Below are positions 1-9,462 of a stretch of 64,000 nt of DNA, piece by piece (the first letter of the stretch is position 1; the number at the start of each line of letters is the position of its first letter). The stretch spans positions 64,001 to 128,000 of the forward strand of contig CAZFHY010000006.1 of the NCBI GenBank assembly GCA_964519305.1, written 5' to 3'. The notes beneath the pieces were generated by a model. That model searched no databases. It was not told the origin of the DNA and saw nothing but the letters and a program-made list of their open reading frames with translations. This DNA is from Candidatus Undinarchaeota archaeon (GTDB taxonomy: Archaea > SpSt-1190 > JASMDC01). Position numbers and translations under genes: made by a program.

Positions 1-378
1 CCCTCGCTCGTAGACCCGGAAGTGGGTGCCGTACTTGAGCCCGGATTTCACTACGTATCCGCGGACCCTTAGGTCGCGGTACACGCGGTAGCGCAGGAAG
101 AAGTCCTCCTCTACCGTCGAAGCATGGCGCACGAGCCCGTCGATATCGAGTTTCTTACCCTCCTCGTCCACCACTTCGATGCGCTCACGCTCCAGAAGGA
201 AATGGGCCTCTGAGAGGGAGAGCACAAGTGACGGGGAATCCTGGAACCACCCAAAGGAGCTCTTTGTGTGGAGTTCTTCGGAGAGGACCGGATCGCGCAC
301 GGTGACAGTAGCACCGTGGACGACCGCTATCAGGTCCGCGGGCCCATCCTGGCCGGATTTGTCCGCGGATGTGCCCAC
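1..378 (-). CDS. endA: tRNA-intron (splicing) endonuclease, 3' end truncated by window edge
   Basis: Hand translation from GTG at 378 (not in ORF track): ...LSLSEAHFLLERERIEVVD...EDFFLRYRVYRDLRVRGYVVKSGLKYGTHFRVYERG, the EndA catalytic-domain signature. Confidence 0.9.
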   Translation of the reverse strand, partial: MGTSADKSGQDGPADLIAVVHGATVTVRDPVLSEELHTKSSFGWFQDSPSLVLSLSEAHFLLERERIEVVDEEGKKLDIDGLVRHASTVEEDFFLRYRVYRDLRVRGYVVKSGLKYGTHFRVYERG

Positions 379-380
379 GA

Positions 381-812
381 TCAGCCCACCACGAAGGTGT
401 CCCTTAGGAGCTTGAACCGTTTTGACTCAGGGTCCATGGCGATGTAGCCCTTCTGGACGGCACCGCGGAGCCGCATGAGCGTCGTCTTCGCGTCCTCCTT
501 GATCGAGCGGCTCTTGGCGAGCTGGGCGTTGATCTCGTGGATGGACGCATCGCCGCCCAGTTCCCGAAGTCCCATGCACGCCGTCAGCTCCATCTCCTTC
601 AGGGGCTCACCGGAAGGCTGAGGGGGAGCACCGTCCTCGACAGGCGGTTCCGCTCCTGCCTTGGCAGGTGACGCTGCCTGCAGGTTGACGCCGCTCTGTC
701 CGGCCACCAGCTTCTCCAGCTCGGCCACGCGCTTCTCCAGCGTTTCGTGACTGCGCCAGAGCTCCTGTATCCTGTGCACCCAGTAGGTCCAGTAGTGATG
801 CTCGGTGTCCAT
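381..812 (-). CDS. Hypothetical protein, N-terminal coiled coil + C-terminal winged-helix
   Basis: ATG at 812; HETLEKRVAELEKLV heptads; C-terminal LRELGGDASIHEINAQL...LRGAVQKGYIAMDPESKRFKL wHTH-like; stop lies 2 nt upstream of the endA start. Confidence 0.6.
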   Translation of the reverse strand: MDTEHHYWTYWVHRIQELWRSHETLEKRVAELEKLVAGQSGVNLQAASPAKAGAEPPVEDGAPPQPSGEPLKEMELTACMGLRELGGDASIHEINAQLAKSRSIKEDAKTTLMRLRGAVQKGYIAMDPESKRFKLLRDTFVVG

Positions 813-842
813 CGCCCTCAACGACGGGACCGGTGGCGGAGA

Positions 843-852
843 GATTTAAATG
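843..852. promoter_or_regulatory. TATA-like element (TTTAAAT) in divergent intergenic region
   Basis: AT-rich ATTTAAAT about 30 nt from both divergent starts (812 and 883) in a GC-rich background. Confidence 0.5.
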
Positions 853-882
853 TTCTCCCCCTTCCCCCGTGCGGGAGCACCC

Positions 883-1413
883 ATGACCCATCATATCGGC
901 GCCCTCTCGGGCCAGGAGATACGCGACCTCATCGACTCGAACGCGCTAATCACCGACTTCAAGAACATCGACGTCCAGCTCCAGAGCGCTGGGTTCGACC
1001 TGCGTCTTGCGGACGTTGAGGAGTTCGCGGACGTGCTCTCCATGGGCCACCTCGATTTCAGCAACGACAAGCGACGCATCCCCGGTACCCGGCCTCTCAA
1101 GCGGGCGAGCGGTGGATGGAAGCTCGAGAAAGGTGGCTACTATCTGGTGCGCGTCGCCGAGGTCATCAATATGCCCCGCGACCTAGTGGCCCAGTTCAAG
1201 CCCCGATCATCGTTAATCCGTATGGGTGGCACCGCCACCAACGCCTGGGTGGACCCAGGCTACCGTGGCCGGCTCCAGTTCGGGCTCGTGGCCCACCGCG
1301 ACCTGTTCCTGGAGGAGGACGCTCGTATAGTCCAGATTGTGTTCCATCGCACCAAGGAGTCCGAGGCGTACTCGGGTATCTTCCTTGACGAAGGCGTGAA
1401 GAAGGACAAGTAA
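883..1413 (+). CDS. dcd: dCTP deaminase / dUTPase family protein
   Basis: QLQSAGFDLRL, PRSSLIRMG, WVDPGYRGRL, ARIVQIVF motifs of the trimeric dUTPase/dCTP deaminase fold; specificity (dcd vs dut) not resolvable. Confidence 0.8.
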   Translation: MTHHIGALSGQEIRDLIDSNALITDFKNIDVQLQSAGFDLRLADVEEFADVLSMGHLDFSNDKRRIPGTRPLKRASGGWKLEKGGYYLVRVAEVINMPRDLVAQFKPRSSLIRMGGTATNAWVDPGYRGRLQFGLVAHRDLFLEEDARIVQIVFHRTKESEAYSGIFLDEGVKKDK

Positions 1414-1423
1414 CGGTGCCGTC

Positions 1424-1552
1424 GTGAGCTTAACCTATGAGAAGAAGGCTGCGCTGCGCAAGCTCGCGGTCGAGAGGCAGGAGGGATTGATCGATCACGG
1501 TGCCATGGCCGTCATCGGTCCGATCAACAAGGGGGATGGCCGTGAGCGATGA
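1424..1552 (+). pseudogene. Possible N-terminal remnant of tRNA wyosine methyltransferase Taw3/Tyw3
   Basis: 42-aa ORF MSLTYEKKAALRKLAVERQEGLIDHGAMAVIGPINKGDGRER* resembles the Taw3 N-terminus (KK..L.KL...EG.VD.....I..IN) but stops before YTTSSCSGR. Confidence 0.45.
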
Positions 1553-2504
1553 GAAGGAGCTGAGGTCGTTCCTGGATGCGGGCGGTCCGCTGGTCGTTGT
1601 GTACCACTGGGATGCGGACGGTATCTGTGCCGCGGCCTTGGTCGGACATGAGGCAGATGTGGACAAGTTCGTACCCTGCGGCAACCAGCTGGACGACGAT
1701 GTGGCCGAGGAGGTCCTCGAGGCCAATCCCGACCGTGTGCTCGTGGTCGATGTTGGAGGACTACAGCCGGGCGCCATGGCCTACCTTGCCTGCTCCGCCG
1801 ACGTGCTGGTCGTCGACCACCACCAGCGCGATGCCCCGCCCGACGGTATCGGATTCATCCCCCGGAAAGAACCAGTCAGTCTGGCAATCTACCGGCTGCT
1901 CGGGGGCCCTGCATGGATCGCCTGCGCGGGTGCACGAGGTGATAAGGGCGAGGACTACTGTCGCAGGGCGTTCCCCAAGGGCGACCTGCGTATAGCGCGG
2001 AGCATCATGGGCATGCTCAACTCCGGCAAGAACCTAAAAGGGAGGGACGGTGCCCGGGTGGCATTGGACGCGCTGATGTCGGCCAGTTCGCCCCGGGAGA
2101 TGGCCGAGGGCCGGACCCCCGGCGCACGCACCCTTAAAGGCTACGATCGCACCATAGAGCAGGAGACGAGACGGCTCATCTCTGATGCCAAGAAGAACGG
2201 GGATAAGCACGATGACCAGCAGCTCATGTTCTATGATATCCGCTCCGAGCTCAACCTCAGCAGCCGTGTGTCCAGCATCCTACGCTGGCGGATGAAGGGG
2301 TGGATAATCCTCGTGTACAACACTTTGATCGAGCCCGTGCCCCTCTCGGCGCGCACCACTCGCAAGGACATAAATCTTGTCGACCTGCTGACCGGTGCTG
2401 GGTTCTCATCATGCGGGGGTCACCCTGATGCCGTTGGTGGTATGACGTCGGCAGAAGAGCTCGACATGGCGACGAAGCGGTTGACCGAGCTGCTCTCGAA
2501 GTAG
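1536..2504 (+). CDS. DHH/DHHA1 phosphoesterase (RecJ/NrnA-like)
   Basis: YHWDADG, VVDVGG, VVDHH and C-terminal GGHPDAVG motifs. Confidence 0.88.
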   Translation: MAVSDEKELRSFLDAGGPLVVVYHWDADGICAAALVGHEADVDKFVPCGNQLDDDVAEEVLEANPDRVLVVDVGGLQPGAMAYLACSADVLVVDHHQRDAPPDGIGFIPRKEPVSLAIYRLLGGPAWIACAGARGDKGEDYCRRAFPKGDLRIARSIMGMLNSGKNLKGRDGARVALDALMSASSPREMAEGRTPGARTLKGYDRTIEQETRRLISDAKKNGDKHDDQQLMFYDIRSELNLSSRVSSILRWRMKGWIILVYNTLIEPVPLSARTTRKDINLVDLLTGAGFSSCGGHPDAVGGMTSAEELDMATKRLTELLSK

Positions 2505-2506
2505 GC

Positions 2507-4276
2507 TCAGGCTTTCTCTTCACGGTCCTGGTAGGCCTTGAGGTATCCCTCGGTGCCGAAGAGGTACGTGCCGTCCTCCAGCTCCAGGGTCTTCAGATCG
2601 ACCTTTTTGTTGAACCGCTGGACGAACATCTCGTTGTCGAGGTTGTACTGCTCCTTCATGGTGCGGTTGCCCAGCAGGTGCTTGAGGAATCCACGGTCGA
2701 ACAGCTTGCGCTTGTGCCCCAGTTCGTGCTCCTCGCCATCGCGCGGTGCGATGTGTACGCCCCAGTCGCCCTCGGCCTTGTCGATGCTCACCTTGACCTT
2801 CGCCTTCGAGGCGACCTCGTTCACCTTCAGGAGGTCCTCCATGGGTTCGAGGCCTTCCTCGCCCACCTTCTCGAAGTCGAGCGTGTAGCCGTTGTCGAGC
2901 TCGATACCGTTGGCAGTGGGGAGGTGCTCGGTGGCGTTCACCTCGAACTGCACGTCGGGATTATGTTTGTAGCAGGTCCACAGGCTCTTGCCCACGTACC
3001 ACGCGCCAAGGGCGCCCAGCGAGACGGGGAACACGACCTCTGGGAAGAGGGCCGAGAGGCCTAGGCCAACGCCCGCACCGACCATGTGAGTGGCATAGGA
3101 TACTGTCTCTTCGGTACCGATCATCTGGAAGAGCTCCCGGTCGTAGCCCTCCTTCTGGTATTCGGGGTTGTTCTGGATGAGCTCCTCGCGGATGGCCACC
3201 TGGGTCTTGGGGGATCCGGCGTCCTTGATGGCCAGCGTCAGCTGCTCAGCGGCGAAGATGGTCCCGAGCGCACCTGCGGCGGGGACGACCTTGCTCAGCG
3301 GCTTGATGACCTCTGGCTGCATGAGGACCTTGAATGTCCCGTTGGCGCAAGAGAACCCGACCTCACGCACACGCTCTACCGCGCGCAGCTCCTCGAGGCT
3401 GTTCTCCTTCTGTCGCGCCTCATCGACCTTGCTGCCCCAGATGGGAGCAACGAGGCTCATGGTTACCTTGGGGACGAACTTGCTCATGATACCCATGGCA
3501 CCGGCCAGACCGTAGATGGCGCCCTGTGAGAATATGAGACCGGTGACGAGACCGTTGAGCATACCCTCGGCCCCCTCGCCGATGACCTCCGAGATCTGGA
3601 GTGTGCGGTACTCGTCATCCTTCTTGAGGATGTCGATGTAGTGCCCCAGTTTCTGGAAGAACCCGAGCTCCTCCTGCTCGTACGCATATACCTTCGTGTT
3701 ACGGTCCGTCTCGAAGAACGTCGATAGTGACTCCATATAGCGGTCGGATGCGCCCATACCGCTCATGACCCCGCCCAGGCTCTGCTCGCCTTCTATGGGC
3801 TTGTAGAGGAGGTCGAGCAACCGGTCCTCTACGCCCTGTTCCTTGGTGGCTGTGTACACCTTGGGGGCGTTCAGCTCCATGACGTTCATGGGGACCGTCT
3901 CGTGGGACGTGCCGTAGAACGCGGCCTTGTTCTTGCCGACGCGGATGCTCTCGATGTCACCTGCGCTGATGGCGTCCTCGCCCTCCTCGCTGTTCACGGG
4001 CTTGTAGAGGCTGATGCTCTCCTTCCCGTTCTCGCTGGAGAACGTGGCCAGGTAACCGCGGATAGTGGGGTCGGAGCGCGGGCCGTCGGTTGAGTAGAGG
4101 ACGTTGAAGTGGACATCACCCTTCAAACCCCCGGACGCGTACAGGAGCTCCTCGAAGGCCGGGTCCATGCCCAGGCGCTCCGCCCACTCCTGGTTGTCTT
4201 GGGTTATCTCGATGGTGTCCAACGCATATGCCATGAAGCGCACCGTCCCTACTATGACTGAGGGGGTCTCGCTCAA
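2507..4276 (-). CDS. Hypothetical protein with central Gly-rich hydrophobic segments
   Basis: 589-aa ORF with strong GC3 codon bias; several Gly/Ala-rich hydrophobic stretches; no family recognised; start uncertain (TTG 4276 or ATG 4234). Confidence 0.7.
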   Translation of the reverse strand: MSETPSVIVGTVRFMAYALDTIEITQDNQEWAERLGMDPAFEELLYASGGLKGDVHFNVLYSTDGPRSDPTIRGYLATFSSENGKESISLYKPVNSEEGEDAISAGDIESIRVGKNKAAFYGTSHETVPMNVMELNAPKVYTATKEQGVEDRLLDLLYKPIEGEQSLGGVMSGMGASDRYMESLSTFFETDRNTKVYAYEQEELGFFQKLGHYIDILKKDDEYRTLQISEVIGEGAEGMLNGLVTGLIFSQGAIYGLAGAMGIMSKFVPKVTMSLVAPIWGSKVDEARQKENSLEELRAVERVREVGFSCANGTFKVLMQPEVIKPLSKVVPAAGALGTIFAAEQLTLAIKDAGSPKTQVAIREELIQNNPEYQKEGYDRELFQMIGTEETVSYATHMVGAGVGLGLSALFPEVVFPVSLGALGAWYVGKSLWTCYKHNPDVQFEVNATEHLPTANGIELDNGYTLDFEKVGEEGLEPMEDLLKVNEVASKAKVKVSIDKAEGDWGVHIAPRDGEEHELGHKRKLFDRGFLKHLLGNRTMKEQYNLDNEMFVQRFNKKVDLKTLELEDGTYLFGTEGYLKAYQDREEKA

Positions 4277-4327
4277 CAGGCGGTATATATAGGTTATGGT
4301 TGGGAATAGGGACTAGGGGATCGAAGG

Positions 4328-4570
4328 ATGACCGACAAGGATAAGGCAGGCTGGCCCGATGGCGAGCGATGGGGAGATCCGCCGGATATGCAGGAACTTG
4401 TGTACCGTATCCTGCGGGGGCTCAACACAGGAGACATAGATCTCAAGCATAACGAGCGGCCGCTCACTGACAAGGAGGTGCACGAGGTGCTGGCAGGCGA
4501 GATCGTCGGCGCCTTCGAAGCGGCCCGTTTCACAGGTGGCGCTATCCCACTCCGGCCACGCGCATCGTGA
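4328..4570 (+). CDS. Hypothetical protein (possibly 5' part of an interrupted ORF extending to 4906)
   Basis: ATG with purine-rich upstream sequence; TGA is in frame with downstream ORF 4592-4906. Confidence 0.4.
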   Translation: MTDKDKAGWPDGERWGDPPDMQELVYRILRGLNTGDIDLKHNERPLTDKEVHEVLAGEIVGAFEAARFTGGAIPLRPRAS

Positions 4571-4591
4571 GCGGTCTCACGCGTCAGGCCA

Positions 4592-4906
4592 GTGGAAGGC
4601 GTCCCCGGAACATACGTGGGTTGCGATCCATGCGTATCCGACGCCGATCCGACGCGCGAGCCCGGCGTAGAACGCTATGGCTTTCTGCCGATCGATCTCG
4701 ACCTGGATGAAGTGACTGATCGGTGGTGCCGTCCGGACGATGGTCGCCCGTCTTGTGACAAGTTCCAGAAGGTCATGGAGGGTGGACATACCCCGATACC
4801 TGTAGAAGAGGAGCGACCGCCGGTTCAAATATGTTGCGACTATACAACATATACATTATTGGCAGGCCCCGCGTATAGCGTTCTGTTTGTTGGGGTGAGA
4901 CCCTAA
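4592..4906 (+). CDS. Hypothetical Cys-containing protein (CDPC motif)
   Basis: 104-aa ORF, same frame as 4328-4570. Confidence 0.35.
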   Translation: MEGVPGTYVGCDPCVSDADPTREPGVERYGFLPIDLDLDEVTDRWCRPDDGRPSCDKFQKVMEGGHTPIPVEEERPPVQICCDYTTYTLLAGPAYSVLFVGVRP

Positions 4907-4961
4907 AAAAACTGTCCGGTTAAAAAGGCCCGAACGACTTCGTACTTGTAGGTGAAGCGAG

Positions 4962-6155
4962 ATGCTATATGAAAGCGAGAAGGGAACATACCGACTGGCC
5001 GTCGGTTTTGTAGCAGTACTGCTATTGGCCGCGGCCACAGCGACCATGGCCCGCGAGGGCCTGAGACCACAACTACCCGCCGAGCTGCCGGAGGAACCGG
5101 TCGTCGGCCTGCCGAACCCGGCGGCCGTGTACTGCCTGGAGAACGGTGGCACGCTCGAGAGCCGGGAAGGCACGTACGGCCAGCACGGCGTGTGTATCTT
5201 CGACGACGGCTCGGAGTGTGGCCAATGGGAGTTCTTCCGGGGCGAGTGCGCTCCCGGGGACACTGACCAGTTCGTGCCTCCGGTACCGGAAGAGCCTGTG
5301 CCCGCCCCGGGCGAGGGTGATTCTGATAAGGAGTACTGCGAGAACCCGCGCCCCATGATCTGCACCGCGGACTACCGCCCCGTGTGCGGCTCCGACGGGA
5401 AGACCTACGGTAACGCCTGCGGAGCTTGCGGCAGCGAGGCTGTCGAGTGGCATGTCCCCGGCGAATGCGTCGAGGACAAGGCCGAAGCTGTAAATTGCAT
5501 AGGCCCCAAGCCCACCGGTCCCGTGGCCTGCACCATGGGATGGATGCCTGTGTGCGGCTCCGACGGTGTGACCTACGGCAACAAGTGCGGCGCCTGCGCT
5601 GCGGCCGATGTCGAGTACTACCTGCCCGGCGAGTGCGCCCCCACCCTCCCTGAGGACGCCGTCGCCTGTGAAAGCCCCAAGCCCACCGGCCCAGTCGCCT
5701 GCACCAGGGAATGGATGCCTGTGTGCGGTTCTGACGGTGTGACCTACGGTAACAAGTGCGGTGCCTGCGCGAGCCCGACCACCGAGTGGTACCTCCCCGG
5801 CGAGTGCCAGAATGAGATAGACTCGTTCGAGGAGTGCATCGCCGCTGGTAATCCCGCGATGGAGAGCTACCCGCGCCAGTGCCGCAGCGCCGAAGGGCGG
5901 ACGTTCACCGAAGAGATCACCGAGGCCCTTCCCATCAAGGACCTAACGGTGACAGTCTGTGAAGAGCCCCGCCGCTTGGCCTGCACACGCGAGTACCGCC
6001 CCGTGTGCGGCTCTGACGGTATGACCTACCCCAACTGGTGCACCGCGTGCGCGAACGACGCGGTGGCCCACTACACTAACGACGCTTGTGCCGAAGACGC
6101 ACAGGTCGTCGTGGAGGAGGTGGCCCCCGTGGCCATCAGCGCCTCTGCACCCTGA
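4962..6155 (+). CDS. Secreted multi-Kazal serine protease inhibitor with DUF333-like domain
   Basis: N-terminal hydrophobic helix; [14 protein letters not shown]...[11 protein letters not shown] (DUF333-like); four C-T-x-x-[YW]-x-PVCGSDGxTYxNxC Kazal repeats; [20 protein letters not shown] module. Confidence 0.88.
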   Translation: MLYESEKGTYRLAVGFVAVLLLAAATATMAREGLRPQLPAELPEEPVVGLPNPAAVYCLENGGTLESREGTYGQHGVCIFDDGSECGQWEFFRGECAPGDTDQFVPPVPEEPVPAPGEGDSDKEYCENPRPMICTADYRPVCGSDGKTYGNACGACGSEAVEWHVPGECVEDKAEAVNCIGPKPTGPVACTMGWMPVCGSDGVTYGNKCGACAAADVEYYLPGECAPTLPEDAVACESPKPTGPVACTREWMPVCGSDGVTYGNKCGACASPTTEWYLPGECQNEIDSFEECIAAGNPAMESYPRQCRSAEGRTFTEEITEALPIKDLTVTVCEEPRRLACTREYRPVCGSDGMTYPNWCTACANDAVAHYTNDACAEDAQVVVEEVAPVAISASAP

Positions 6156-6184
6156 ACTGCCTATGCCTCAACCACCATTCCCAC

Positions 6185-6226
6185 GGGGCGGCGGACCCCA
6201 CTCCCCCGCCGCCCCACCCCTTTTTT
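6185..6226 (+). terminator. GC-rich hairpin followed by T-tract
   Basis: GGGGCGGCGG (6185-6194) / CCGCCGCCCC (6206-6215) perfect 10-bp stem, then TTTTTT at 6221-6226 after the Kazal gene. Confidence 0.6.
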
Positions 6227-6334
6227 CCCTACAGGGTCGACATGGACGGAACATGCTACAAGCCTGCCATGGATACCGGCACGCCGCCCCGCAGAACGAT
6301 ATACCGCGCGAACGACAATGACCAACACTTACAG

Positions 6335-6445
6335 ATGGAATCCCAGGCGATGACCGTGGACGAGATGGACATGACGATCATCGAGCTAACACCGTTGCTG
6401 GTGATCACGGTGTTGTCGGCCGCCATGGCCGTATCCTGCCTCTAA
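6335..6445 (+). CDS. Possible small membrane peptide
   Basis: MESQAMTVDEMDMTIIELTPLLVITVLSAAMAVSCL: single hydrophobic helix; start uncertain. Confidence 0.3.
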   Translation: MESQAMTVDEMDMTIIELTPLLVITVLSAAMAVSCL

Positions 6446-6502
6446 GGACCGCGCGGCCCCTTAACGCGTCGCATAAATATCTTGAGGCATTAAGATGGGC
6501 CG

Positions 6503-7123
6503 ATGGCGGGTGACCTGAGGAGGCGGGACGCAGAGGAACTGTCCATGGAGCGGCGGTTCCTGCGGCTCATCCTACAGCCCGTGGCGTTCTTCGACCGGCT
6601 CGGGCTCGATACACCGTTCGACCGGGTGCTCCCCTACCATGCCCTCCTGGTGTGGTCCGTGGCAGTGTTCCATCCCCAAGGCGTACTTGGGATGTCAGGA
6701 AGCTCGGCCGCTCTTTCCATGCTCCTTGCCCCATTGGGCGCGCTGGCGGCCAACGCACTTCTTGCCGGTCTCTCCCATGCGTTGGGCTCGATCCAGGGTG
6801 CCGGTGCAGAGCTGCGAGAGACGCTCAAGGTGTACCTGTACGCCTTCACCCCCGCGCTCCCATACCTGGTCGTGGTCCACGCGACCGGGGGCGCTGTCCT
6901 CCCCATCGCCCCGGGAGCTTTCGTTGCGGGGAACCTGTTCGCCGTTGACGCCGTCGCCGCTTTCTTCTCCGCGTGGTGGGCCGTCCTCGTCCTGATCGGA
7001 CTGAAGGAGGTCCACACGATACCGACCTATCGGGCCCTTATCATGGCCCTGCCGGCCGTGCTTTTCGTGATCATCACCGCTGATCCCGTGGCCCTTGTCA
7101 CCCTCTGGCTCGGATGGGTGTGA
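6503..7123 (+). CDS. Yip1-family membrane protein
   Basis: LILQPVAFF N-terminal motif, ~5 TM helices, GLKEVHTIPTYRAL C-terminal motif. Confidence 0.7.
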   Translation: MAGDLRRRDAEELSMERRFLRLILQPVAFFDRLGLDTPFDRVLPYHALLVWSVAVFHPQGVLGMSGSSAALSMLLAPLGALAANALLAGLSHALGSIQGAGAELRETLKVYLYAFTPALPYLVVVHATGGAVLPIAPGAFVAGNLFAVDAVAAFFSAWWAVLVLIGLKEVHTIPTYRALIMALPAVLFVIITADPVALVTLWLGWV

Positions 7124-7174
7124 TCCGGCGCCACCTGCGTCACCTTCAAAAAGGTTCACACGAATTTCTGGACC

Positions 7175-7819
7175 ATGTCGCCCCAGTCGGAGGTGTTCGA
7201 CAGCGAGGACTTAGGTCTGGACGGCCGTTTAACGAGTATCCTGCTCAAGCCTGTCTCGTTCTTCAGAAAGATCGGGCTGGGTACTCCCATCACCCGGGTG
7301 GTGCCGTATTACGCCATCCTGGCCCTTGCCATGACCCTGCTCCGCCTCCACATTACCGACCGGTTGGAGAACCGTCCCGAAGTAATCCTGCTGATATTCA
7401 TCGCCCCGCTCGTGGGCGTTATCGTCAATGGTGTACTGGCCGGACTATCCCAGGCACTGGGGGCCCTCGTGGGTGCTGGCGCGGATATACCCGAGAGCAT
7501 GAAGGTCTACATGTACGGTTCAACACCGCTCCTGTTCCCGCTCCTTGTGGCCGTCGCTGGTATAGCTGTCCCCTGGGTCCTTGCCCCCGGTCTGGCTCCG
7601 ACGGACGGAGTGGAGGTCCTAGTCTCTCTCTGGTTCATGGTCCTGATAGTAATAGGATTACGGGAAGTGCACACCATCTCGACCGCCCGCGCTATCGTCA
7701 TGGCGGCCCCGGCCCTTTTCCTCCTCCTGGTGAGCCTGATAGCCGCGGGAACCCCCTACTGGTGGATCAGCTGGCTCTACATCGTGCTGGTCCCGCCGGG
7801 AGCGGTACCGCCGGGCTAG
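7175..7819 (+). CDS. Yip1-family membrane protein (tandem paralog)
   Basis: ILLKPVSFF, KVYMYGSTP, GLREVHTISTARAI; collinear with the upstream paralog. Confidence 0.7.
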   Translation: MSPQSEVFDSEDLGLDGRLTSILLKPVSFFRKIGLGTPITRVVPYYAILALAMTLLRLHITDRLENRPEVILLIFIAPLVGVIVNGVLAGLSQALGALVGAGADIPESMKVYMYGSTPLLFPLLVAVAGIAVPWVLAPGLAPTDGVEVLVSLWFMVLIVIGLREVHTISTARAIVMAAPALFLLLVSLIAAGTPYWWISWLYIVLVPPGAVPPG

Positions 7820-9108
7820 AAGAAGGACGTCAGAGTCCGCTGGTACAGGCGGTTCTTGAGGATAGATGAGTTATCTATCCAGCGCTTCAGGCCGGTGCCC
7901 GTGCGCGGAGCTGCTGCCGCTAGGGCCGTTCTCAGGTCAGGGAACCGTTCTGGGGTGTTCTGCATGGCGCGCCTCACGTTCTCCCGCACCTCCCACACGC
8001 CCACGGGCAGGTAATAGGTATTATCGATCTCTCGTAGGGCCACCGCTACGGCCTGGCGTCCCATGCTGACCAGTGCCTCGTACACTGCCAGACGGGCCGC
8101 GTAGTATCCGCCACCTTGCTTCGTAGCGTAACTGGTCCGGCCTTCGCTGGGTTCGTACTCCTGCACGACCGTCCAGTCGTCACCTGCGCCCCACGCGCTC
8201 CCACCCGCCCATGATTCGAGGTGCTCGAACTCCAGGCGCCCGGGTATGAGGATGATCTCGTAGTGGTTGCCCATGTACTCGTTGGAGAAGAGCAGCACCT
8301 CGTCGAGCTCTGGTAGGTCACGCAGACGGGCGGCCAGGTCGCGGCCTACGATATCGTCGGTCGCAGTGATGGCCCAGCGGGTGGGCACGAGGGTACGGTC
8401 CTTCCCGCGGCCTAGGAGCCCGGCCGACAGCACCTTCTGGACATGGTAGACGTCCATACCGGCGTCGAAGAGGTTCGCTACTCCCTCCTCGGCCGGGAGG
8501 TCCGTATCACTGGTCACCTTGTCGGCGGCCCGGGGCACGGCGGGATTCCCCACAAGATCGAAGCTCTTGAGCTCGGCCGATGGACCCATGGGCTGGGCGA
8601 CGGCAGAGAAGGCTATGTGGAACCGTGGTACTTGGCGCAGGTGGAGCTCAACGTCGACAGGCCGCGATGAGAGCACCAGGTCCTGGTAGTCGCGGAGCGT
8701 GGCCGGAGGATCGCGGGCGGCGTGGATGTCGACCGACTCACGCGAGCGGACCAGCAGGGACCGGAACCCGACCACTTCCTGGATGGTGGCGCCGTACCAC
8801 CGTGCGGGATCGTCAAGGAAAGAGGGGTCCTCGTGGGGGACGGCCAGGCCCATGGGCCCCAAGGACACCTTGGGATAACCCTTCCATCCGACGAAGAATC
8901 CCGGCGGACTGGGAGATGCGATGTCTTTCCGCAGCTTGCGGGCGATGTCCGAGTGGGCCGAGGCCTGGGCCGTGATGGGACACCGGCTCTTCCCGCACAG
9001 GAGCTTGCCTCCTTTACAGCGCAGGCACAGCTCTCGCCGCACCTCGGTGCTCGGTCCATCGACCTTCGCACCCTTGCCCAGGGAACGTAGGTCGTCCTGT
9101 CGGTCCAC
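7816..9108 (-). CDS. nreA: Archaeal DNA repair protein NreA
   Basis: LCLRCKGGKLLCGKSRCP Zn motif, SPPGFFVGWKGYPKV, LVPTRWAITATDD, GGYYAARLAV, C-terminal PIP box QRTLTSFF. Confidence 0.92.
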   Translation of the reverse strand: MDRQDDLRSLGKGAKVDGPSTEVRRELCLRCKGGKLLCGKSRCPITAQASAHSDIARKLRKDIASPSPPGFFVGWKGYPKVSLGPMGLAVPHEDPSFLDDPARWYGATIQEVVGFRSLLVRSRESVDIHAARDPPATLRDYQDLVLSSRPVDVELHLRQVPRFHIAFSAVAQPMGPSAELKSFDLVGNPAVPRAADKVTSDTDLPAEEGVANLFDAGMDVYHVQKVLSAGLLGRGKDRTLVPTRWAITATDDIVGRDLAARLRDLPELDEVLLFSNEYMGNHYEIILIPGRLEFEHLESWAGGSAWGAGDDWTVVQEYEPSEGRTSYATKQGGGYYAARLAVYEALVSMGRQAVAVALREIDNTYYLPVGVWEVRENVRRAMQNTPERFPDLRTALAAAAPRTGTGLKRWIDNSSILKNRLYQRTLTSFF

Positions 9109-9183
9109 GGTCCATCAACGCTCCGTGGACGTTTAAATCTCTTGGTCCGAAGGCACACGGCCCCGGATGAACCGATATAAACG

Positions 9184-9462
9184 ATGTTAACCACCGGTCC
9201 ACCTACCGTGTCGGAAGAGGGCTCTGGAGGATCGACAGGTCTCGAGCTGGCCGTGCTGGCAGGGATGGTATTATTAGCGTTCCCAATCTACCGCACGGTG
9301 GTCCGTTTCCTTGAAGCGGATATGGGCATCACGCTCTGGACAGCCATGCTCGGGTACGCAGCAGTGGTCGTTGCATGCTACGCGTACTACCGCTGCGTCG
9401 GCGTGCTCATGCACTACCTGCACCTAGGATCTTACTCGGACGATGAGAGTAGTGGGCCCTAG
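9184..9462 (+). CDS. Small two-TM membrane protein
   Basis: Two hydrophobic helices; divergent from nreA. Confidence 0.5.
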   Translation: MLTTGPPTVSEEGSGGSTGLELAVLAGMVLLAFPIYRTVVRFLEADMGITLWTAMLGYAAVVVACYAYYRCVGVLMHYLHLGSYSDDESSGP

